From contig NC_013967.1 of assembly GCF_000025685.1 (NCBI RefSeq), forward strand, positions 1,980,001 through 2,012,000: a DNA stretch of 32,000 bases, read 5' to 3'. The first letter of the stretch is position 1. Each line of letters starts with the position of its first letter. Positions 26,104-32,000 of this stretch are shown piece after piece. The position numbers and the translations under genes were made by a program. The notes beneath the pieces are model-generated. The model saw only the letters and a program-made list of their open reading frames with translations. It was not told where the DNA came from and ran no database searches. This DNA comes from Haloferax volcanii DS2. Its GTDB lineage: Archaea; Halobacteriota; Halobacteria; Halobacteriales; Haloferacaceae.

Positions 26104-27294
26104 ATGTCTCGACCGCCACACGTCGACACCGACGCCGACGCCGAAGCCAACGCCGACGCGGGAAGTGACGCCGGCGCGCCGCCGACTGCGACCGCCCCGC
26201 CGGACCCGTCGAGCATCGACACCTCGCGGCGGCCGTTCGTCCTCATCTGGGAGGTCACGCAGGCGTGCGACCTCGCGTGCGACCACTGTCGGGCGGACGC
26301 GACGCCCGCGCGACACCCCGACGAACTGACCACCGCCGAAGGAAAGCGCCTGCTCGACCAGGCCCGCGAGTTCGGCCCCGGGCAGCTCGTCGTCCTCTCC
26401 GGCGGCGACCCGCTCGCCCGCTCGGACCTCGTAGACCTCGTCGAGTACGGGACCGACATGGGCCTCAGGATGACTCTCACGCCGAGCGGGACGTCGTCGC
26501 TGACGTCCGAGACGGTTGCTGCCCTCCTCGACGCGGGCGTCAAGCGCATGGCGCTCAGCCTCGACGGCGCGACCGCGGCGTCGCACGACGCCTTCCGAGG
26601 AGAAGACGGGAGCTTCGACCAGACCGTCGCGGCCGCCCGCGCCGCCCGCGAGGCCGGTCTCCCGCTCCAGATAAACACGACCGTCTGCGCCCAGACGGTC
26701 GACGAACTCCCCGCGCTCTGCGACCTCGTGGCCGACCTCGGCGCAGTCCTCTGGTCCGTGTTCTTCCTCGTCCCCGTCGGGCGCGGGCGCGTCCTCGACC
26801 CGATTTCCCCCGAGCGCGCCGAGCGCGTCATGGAGTGGCTGACCGAGGTGAGCGAGGACGCGCCCTTCGGCGTCAAGACGACCGAAGCGCCCCACTACCG
26901 GCGGGTCGCTATCCAGCGCCGGCGGGACGCGAGCGACGCGCCCCCGACCGACGGCATCGGCCGCCGGCTCGGCATCACCGCGGGCGACGGCTTCGCCTTC
27001 GTCAGCCACACCGGCGACCTGTTCCCGTCGGGGTTCCTCCCGGCGACCGCCGGCAACGTCCGCGACGGCGGACTCGTCGAACGATACCGCGAGAGCGACC
27101 TCTTCCGGTCGCTCCGGGACCGCGACGCCCTCGGCGGGAAGTGCGGCGCGTGCGAGTTCCGCCACGTCTGCGGCGGCAGTCGCTCGCGGGCCTACGCCCA
27201 CACCGGCGACCCGCTGGCCAGCGACCCGCTCTGCGGGTACGTGCCCGCCGACTACGACGGCCCGATACCCGGGACTCGGTCGGCGGGCGACTGA
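26104..27294 (+). CDS. Radical SAM / SPASM-domain enzyme (NirJ/AhbD-like or peptide-maturase-like; subfamily unresolved)
   Basis: CxxxCxxC cluster motif in VLIWEVTQACDLACDHCRADA and a C-terminal SPASM-type Cys cluster (GGKCGACEFRHVCGGSRSRAY...DPLCGY). The true start is MSRPPHV at 26104, and IR box F ends 45 nt upstream. The N-terminal 40 aa are an acidic low-complexity stretch. Confidence 0.9.
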   Translation: MSRPPHVDTDADAEANADAGSDAGAPPTATAPPDPSSIDTSRRPFVLIWEVTQACDLACDHCRADATPARHPDELTTAEGKRLLDQAREFGPGQLVVLSGGDPLARSDLVDLVEYGTDMGLRMTLTPSGTSSLTSETVAALLDAGVKRMALSLDGATAASHDAFRGEDGSFDQTVAAARAAREAGLPLQINTTVCAQTVDELPALCDLVADLGAVLWSVFFLVPVGRGRVLDPISPERAERVMEWLTEVSEDAPFGVKTTEAPHYRRVAIQRRRDASDAPPTDGIGRRLGITAGDGFAFVSHTGDLFPSGFLPATAGNVRDGGLVERYRESDLFRSLRDRDALGGKCGACEFRHVCGGSRSRAYAHTGDPLASDPLCGYVPADYDGPIPGTRSAGD

Positions 27295-27328
27295 CGCCTC
27301 GAGAAGTGGCAGCGCACGGGAAGCGACC

Positions 27329-27340
27329 CGAACACGTTCG
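27329..27340. promoter_or_regulatory. IR box G: CGAACACGTTCG
   Basis: Ends 39 nt before the halocyanin ATG at 27380. Confidence 0.65.
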
Positions 27341-27379
27341 GGACAACCGCTTGCATCCGTCGCCGCCGAGGTACAGCCG

Positions 27380-27946
27380 ATGACGCGCGACACCAACCAC
27401 ACGAGACGGCGTTTTACGGCACTGACTGCGACGGCGGCGCTGTCGACGGCGCTCGCCGGCTGTTCCGGCTCCGGCGGCGACGCCGCGAACGCGGCCGCGG
27501 CGGACGGGGACGACGCGACGACCGCCGAATCGACCGCGGAGCCGACGACCGAGTCCGGCGGCACGACCGGCGGCGACGACGGTTCCGGCGACGGGAGCGC
27601 CCCGCAGTTCGACGGCTGGTTCGACAACGTGGACAACTACGACGGCGTCGCGGACGCGACCGGGCAGTCGACAGTCACGGTGACGGTGGGGTCACAGGCC
27701 AACGGCGGGGCGTTCGGGTTCGGCCCGGCCGCCGTACGGGTCGATTCCGGCACCACGGTCGTCTGGGAGTGGAACGGCAAGGGCGGGTCGCACAACGTCG
27801 CCGCCGCCGACGGCACCTTCGAATCGGAGTTGGCGGGCAGTAGCGGTCACACGTTCGAACACACCTTCGAGGCGGCCGGGACGTACACTTACGCCTGTAC
27901 GCCCCACGAGACGGTCGGGATGAAGGGCGCAATCGTCGTCGAGTAG
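27380..27946 (+). CDS. Halocyanin (type 1 blue copper protein), Tat-exported lipoprotein
   Basis: Tat motif TRRRF and lipobox LAGC, an acidic Thr/Gly linker, and cupredoxin ligands GGSHNV ... YACTPHETVGMKG. IR box G ends 39 nt upstream. Confidence 0.9.
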   Translation: MTRDTNHTRRRFTALTATAALSTALAGCSGSGGDAANAAAADGDDATTAESTAEPTTESGGTTGGDDGSGDGSAPQFDGWFDNVDNYDGVADATGQSTVTVTVGSQANGGAFGFGPAAVRVDSGTTVVWEWNGKGGSHNVAAADGTFESELAGSSGHTFEHTFEAAGTYTYACTPHETVGMKGAIVVE

Positions 27947-28042
27947 CGTCCGACCGCGTCGTTTCTCGGTCCGGTTTCGCCCGCCGTCGGTCGGTTCTCT
28001 CCCGCCCGCGAACTTCTTCTCCCGGTACGACGAATCTCTCGT

Positions 28043-28540
28043 ATGCCTCGGACCTCGGTCCTCGCCGCCGCGCGTCGTCGCCCGTCGCTCACGTTCGCCC
28101 TCGCGGGCGGCGCGTTCGCGCTCTGGTACGTGCTCGCTGAGCCGGTGGTCGCGTTGCTGACCGGCGGCGACCCGGCCGTCCCCTCCGGACCGATGGCGGT
28201 GCTCGTCGCCGGGGGGTTTCTCGGCGGCGGCCTGCTCGCCAGCCTGCTCTGGCGGCGACTCGGCGGGCCGACCTCCCGACTCCGCGGCGCGCTCGTCGGC
28301 GGCCTCGTCGGGTTGCTCGCGCTCCCGGTCCCGATGTACCTGCTCGAACTCGCGGTGGTCGTGATGGAGGGGAGCCCGTTCGAAGCGCCGGTCGGGATGG
28401 GGCCGGTTGCGGCGCTCGCGAGGAGCGTTGCCCTGTTTCTCGTCGCCCCGCTGTTCCTCGGGGCGCTGGGCGTGATTGCGACGCTCGGCGGGACGGTCGT
28501 CGTCGGGGCCGCGACGGGGCTAGTGCTCGCGTGGGAATGA
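28043..28540 (+). CDS. Hypothetical four-TM membrane protein
   Basis: A high-GC ORF with Ala/Leu/Gly-rich helices and no competing ORF with better features. No family was recognised. Confidence 0.55.
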   Translation: MPRTSVLAAARRRPSLTFALAGGAFALWYVLAEPVVALLTGGDPAVPSGPMAVLVAGGFLGGGLLASLLWRRLGGPTSRLRGALVGGLVGLLALPVPMYLLELAVVVMEGSPFEAPVGMGPVAALARSVALFLVAPLFLGALGVIATLGGTVVVGAATGLVLAWE

Positions 28541-28718
28541 GTCGGCAGTCCGATGTCGGCGAAAAACAGAGACGGTGAATCAGTCGCCGGTTGCGCTGTT
28601 GTGCATCCGTTATCTGATGAGGTGGTGTGACACGGACAGAGGCTGTATGCAGTAATTCGCTATCCTTCGTTTCGCACCGAAGTGGGTGAATAGACCGAGG
28701 AAATCACGTGCGAGTTGG

Positions 28719-29390
28719 TCATCCGAGCGAACTGGGGGTCAGCGTGTCACCGAGAACGTATAGTGGTATTCCAAGCAGAACCCCGATAACGCCAAATGCA
28801 ATGAATACGAGTGCTGCTGGTCCTCGCACTCGCTTTGTCATTGGAATTGAGTTGACTAACGCAAGCACATATACCGAGAACACGAGTAGATAAGAGAGAA
28901 TAATCGGCTTACGACTACTCTGCCGAGAAACATAACCCACAGGGAACATTGCTGCGAGTGGAAGGGACAAGTATAGCGAAATCTCGATACTATTGGAACC
29001 GAGGAGACGAAGAACTGCAGAGAATTGAAGTCCATTCGCAGCAAGGAGAGCGACCACAACTCCCGCCAGCGATGCGAGCCAACATCCGATGGTAGAGCAG
29101 TATGGGTATCGCTGATGTACAAACGAAAATAATCCAAGAGTAAAGTAGACACCACCAACTGAGAACAGCCACGGGGTTGAATCTCTAATGAGAGGGACCA
29201 AAGAAGGATACAGTGGATGTCCGAGGAAGTAGACACTAATTACAAACACAGCGACACTACTTCTGTTATTGTCGATACTTCGGTTTTGTAGCAAATTCCT
29301 CAGCAAACGATGTATTGTATAGAAAGACCCAGTAACGATAGCAGCCGGAAATACGACGAGCCAGATTAGATTAGTAAGAACCACATTCAT
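28719..29390 (-). CDS. Hypothetical polytopic (about 6-7 TM) membrane protein in a low-GC island
   Basis: A 223-aa ORF with an ATG start and consistently hydrophobic segments. Local GC is well below the window average. No motif was recognised. Confidence 0.55.
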   Translation of the reverse strand: MNVVLTNLIWLVVFPAAIVTGSFYTIHRLLRNLLQNRSIDNNRSSVAVFVISVYFLGHPLYPSLVPLIRDSTPWLFSVGGVYFTLGLFSFVHQRYPYCSTIGCWLASLAGVVVALLAANGLQFSAVLRLLGSNSIEISLYLSLPLAAMFPVGYVSRQSSRKPIILSYLLVFSVYVLALVNSIPMTKRVRGPAALVFIAFGVIGVLLGIPLYVLGDTLTPSSLG

Positions 29391-29547
29391 GAGTTAGATT
29401 ACTAACAAATGTTTGATAAGTTTTGTGGGGCTGTCTATCGCTTCGTATCTCGTCAGATGAGAGCTGGCCAGAGACCGACTCGCGCGCTCTATGCAGCACG
29501 ACTCCGACAAATATCAGAAAATACGAGGTTCGACAGAGCCTCGCCCG

Positions 29548-31830
29548 TTAGTCGTCGCCCAAGATACCCTCAGCGACCGCCATATCGTCGACGCTCGGGT
29601 CGTCGGCGGACTGCCTGAGGACGAACCGCTTTCTGACGAGGTCAGCCGCGTAGATGACCGTCCCGAGGATGATGAGGGAGTCGCCGGGGAGCCGCGCCCA
29701 GAACAGCGTCTGAATCAGCGGCTGGTCGTAGAAGGCGACGCTCCGAGCGGCGGCGTAGCTCCCGGTGAACGCCGTCTCCAGTTGGAGGAAGCCGACCGGG
29801 AGGACGGAGACGAACACCATCAACACGAGGCCGACGTTCCAACACCAGAAGGCGGCGCGCAGCCACGAGCCGTCCCAGCGCTCGGGGTCGATGGAGAGCT
29901 GGAGCATGTAGGTGACCATGCCGAGCGCGAGGAAGCCGAACGCGCCGAACATCGCGGCGTGGGCGTGGCCGACCGTCAGGTACGTCCCGTGTTCGTAGTA
30001 GTTGATGAGCGGGAGGTTGATGAAGAAGCCGAGCACGCCCGCGCCGACGAAGTTCCAGACGCCGCTGGCGACGATGAACATGAACGGCAGGCGGTACGGG
30101 AACGACTCGCCCGACATCGCGCGGTACTGCCCGAGCGCCTCGTAGAGGATGAACACCAGCGGGATGAGTTCGAGCGTCGAGAAGACGCTCCCGATGGGCA
30201 CCCACATGTCGGGCATGCCGACCCACCAGTAGTGGTGCGAGACGCCGATGATGCCCGTCCCCATGACGAGCAGCGCCTGGAGCATGACGGCCTTCTCTGC
30301 GCTCCGGCGGGACAGCAGGTTCATCGACACCAGCGTCAGGCCGACGATGGCGACGATGAAGAACTCGAACGCCCCCTCGACCCACATGTGGACGACCCAC
30401 CAGCGCCAGAACTCCGTGACGGCGATGTTCGTCTCGGGGGTAAAGAGGAAACCCGCGGTGAACAGGAGGGCGATGGAGCCGCCGGCGTACAGAATCATGT
30501 GCGCCAGTCCGTACGGCGGTTCCTTGTCGAGAAGCGGTTTCAGGCCGCGGACGGCCAGTCCCGCCCAGATGAGGAAGCCGGCGAGGATGCCGAACTGCCA
30601 GAGCTTCCCGACTTCGAGGTATTCGAGCCCCTCGTTGCCGAGAATCCACCACAGCGAGCCGTCGATGTAGCCGTTCGCGCCCAGCCAGATGCCCGACAGG
30701 CCGCCGACCACGACGACGACGATAGCGCCGAGGAGGACGTTGATGTACCTCGACTGCTTCGGCGGTTCGTAGCCGGTCAGAAGCGGCGGGAGGAACAGCC
30801 CCGCGCCGAGCCACGTCGCGGCTATCCAGAGGATACCGAGGTCGATGTGCCACGTCTTGGCGATGGCGAACGGGAGCAGTTGCAGGATGGGCACGCCGAA
30901 TAGCGACTCGATGCCGAAGAAGCCGGCGCGCTCGATGTAGAAGTGCGCGAGCAGACCGCCCAACAGCACCTGCGCCAAGAACAACCCGGCGGCGACCGGG
31001 ATGAACCGGAGCGCCGCCCGCTGGCTCGGGAAGACGCTCACGTCGCCCGGTTCGGGCACCGTGATGTCCTCGGCCGACGGCTCGGGGAGTTCGACCGACT
31101 TGTACAGCCAGATGCCGAGGCCCGCCCCCGCGACGAGAAGCACCATGGCGACGACGCTCCACGTCATCGAGGCGGCGGTGGCGTCGTTCCCCGCGCCGGG
31201 CTGGTACGGCCAGTCGTTCGTGTACGAGTGGGTGCCGTCGGGGCGGTCGGTGTGAGAGAACCACGCCGTCCACATGGCGAAGTCCGCGAACGCCCGCGCC
31301 TCCTCCTCGGAGTCGATCATGTTTACGGGCACGCCGCGCTCGTGGTCGCCCTCGTGGTAGCGCTCGACGTACTCCTGTCGAACCTGCTCGTGGGCGTAGA
31401 CCTCGGCCGCAGTGTACCGAATCACGCCGCCCTCGTAGCTGTCGTCGAGGTCGGATTTCACCACGTCGGCGACGGCCGCTTGGTCTGCGGAGTCGAGTTC
31501 GTCGTAGGGTTCACCGTAGCGCTCTTGGGCGTAGTAGTTCCGCATGAACCCGACTTTCAAATCCAGCGCGTCGGCGGTGTAGTCCGCGCCGTAGTACGCG
31601 CCGTTGCCCAGTATCGACCCGTGGTTCATCAGGCCGTCTCTCTGGAACACCGTCTTGCCCTCTCGAATCACGTCGCCGTTGGCGACGACGTCACCGTCGG
31701 GTCCGACCACCTCGTCGGGGATGGGTGGGGCCTCCTGATAGGCGAACCACGCGCCCGCACCCATCACGACGAGGTTGAAGACGAACACGACGACGATTGC
31801 CTTCGCGATGGTCTTGCGTTGTATCTCCAT
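29548..31830 (-). CDS. norZ: Nitric oxide reductase, long single-subunit quinol-dependent type (qNOR)
   Basis: 760 aa with an N-terminal TM segment and periplasmic extension fused to a haem-copper-oxidase core. Conserved His motifs are VVHMWVEGAFEF, SHHYWWVG and GHAHAAMFGAFG. Confidence 0.95.
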   Translation of the reverse strand: MEIQRKTIAKAIVVVFVFNLVVMGAGAWFAYQEAPPIPDEVVGPDGDVVANGDVIREGKTVFQRDGLMNHGSILGNGAYYGADYTADALDLKVGFMRNYYAQERYGEPYDELDSADQAAVADVVKSDLDDSYEGGVIRYTAAEVYAHEQVRQEYVERYHEGDHERGVPVNMIDSEEEARAFADFAMWTAWFSHTDRPDGTHSYTNDWPYQPGAGNDATAASMTWSVVAMVLLVAGAGLGIWLYKSVELPEPSAEDITVPEPGDVSVFPSQRAALRFIPVAAGLFLAQVLLGGLLAHFYIERAGFFGIESLFGVPILQLLPFAIAKTWHIDLGILWIAATWLGAGLFLPPLLTGYEPPKQSRYINVLLGAIVVVVVGGLSGIWLGANGYIDGSLWWILGNEGLEYLEVGKLWQFGILAGFLIWAGLAVRGLKPLLDKEPPYGLAHMILYAGGSIALLFTAGFLFTPETNIAVTEFWRWWVVHMWVEGAFEFFIVAIVGLTLVSMNLLSRRSAEKAVMLQALLVMGTGIIGVSHHYWWVGMPDMWVPIGSVFSTLELIPLVFILYEALGQYRAMSGESFPYRLPFMFIVASGVWNFVGAGVLGFFINLPLINYYEHGTYLTVGHAHAAMFGAFGFLALGMVTYMLQLSIDPERWDGSWLRAAFWCWNVGLVLMVFVSVLPVGFLQLETAFTGSYAAARSVAFYDQPLIQTLFWARLPGDSLIILGTVIYAADLVRKRFVLRQSADDPSVDDMAVAEGILGDD

Positions 31831-31896
31831 ACACGTCGTGGTTCACACGCCTGCAATAGGCTCTACACGCCGCTTCCCGGCCTCGCACAGCTCGGA

Positions 31897-31908
31897 CGAA
31901 CATGTTCG
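31897..31908. promoter_or_regulatory. IR box H: CGAACATGTTCG (perfect 12-bp palindrome)
   Basis: Lies in the norZ / unknown-gene divergent spacer. Its centre is 72.5 nt from the norZ ATG (31830) and 45.5 nt from ATG 31948. Confidence 0.65.
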
Positions 31909-31947
31909 GATAGGCTCTTTGAGCCGGACGCCGTTCCTCGAAGCGTA

Positions 31948-32000
31948 ATGACGACCGATTCGCGACCCGCGGCCCACGACCACGACACGCCCGACACGGC
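31948..32000 (+). CDS. 5' end of an unidentified gene (partial), divergent from norZ
   Basis: ATG at 31948 (MTTDSRPAAHDHDTPDT...). IR box H ends 39 nt upstream, the same phasing as the other box-associated starts. The fragment is too short to assign a function. Confidence 0.35.
   Translation, partial: MTTDSRPAAHDHDTPDT

Noticed and set aside
28605-29500. Possible imperfect direct repeats flanking the low-GC island (GATGAG...CTGTATGCAG near 28615..28652 versus GATGAG...CTCTATGCAG near 29456..29496), considered as att or target-site duplications.
   Set aside because: The alignment needs unequal gaps (30 versus 34 nt) and most intervening bases differ. It is too degenerate to support an insertion boundary without comparative data.
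1-32000. A search for CRISPR arrays, IS elements, transposases, integrases, rRNA, tRNA genes and toxin-antitoxin or other defence-system signatures.
   Set aside because: No regularly spaced repeats, terminal inverted repeats, DDE/tyrosine-recombinase-like ORFs or structured RNA genes were recognisable by eye. The window looks metabolic and respiratory rather than mobile or defence-related.

Overview
High-GC (roughly 65%) sequence with acidic proteins, Tat/lipobox signal peptides, a halocyanin and an Orc1/Cdc6 gene, so this is almost certainly a haloarchaeal (Halobacteria) chromosome or megaplasmid segment. No rRNA, tRNA, CRISPR array, IS element or transposase was seen. The window has four blocks. 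(1) 0-5.4 kb holds a CUT1-type sugar ABC importer (two permeases and an ATPase, with no adjacent binding-protein gene), an SD-coupled membrane/zinc-ribbon protein and a cytoplasmic BNR/Asp-box sialidase-like propeller. (2) 5.9-16.3 kb holds a minus-strand Dpp/Opp-type peptide ABC operon (binding protein, two permeases, two ATPases, a coupled 69-aa membrane ORF), divergent from two M20 amidohydrolases and an IclR regulator. (3) 16.9-19.6 kb holds class I fructose-1,6-bisphosphatase, a small low-GC membrane ORF and an orphan orc1/cdc6 paralog. (4) 19.7-32 kb is a denitrification/NO-handling island with nirK, halocyanin and the long quinol-type NO reductase (norZ). Interleaved with these are two DUF2249 paralogs, an NnrS-like His-rich membrane protein, a cupin, a DUF59-like protein, a 50-aa zinc-ribbon protein, a radical SAM/SPASM enzyme and several small membrane ORFs. 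The main result is a 12-bp inverted repeat (consensus CGAACAYGTTCG, i.e. CGAA-N4-TTCG) present nine times, always intergenic and only in block 4. In eight cases it ends 38-45 nt before a start codon. It defines a compact candidate regulon that ties about six uncharacterised genes to nirK/norZ and fixes several start codons. Many long ORFs in the six-frame track are antisense or off-frame artefacts of the high GC content and were rejected.
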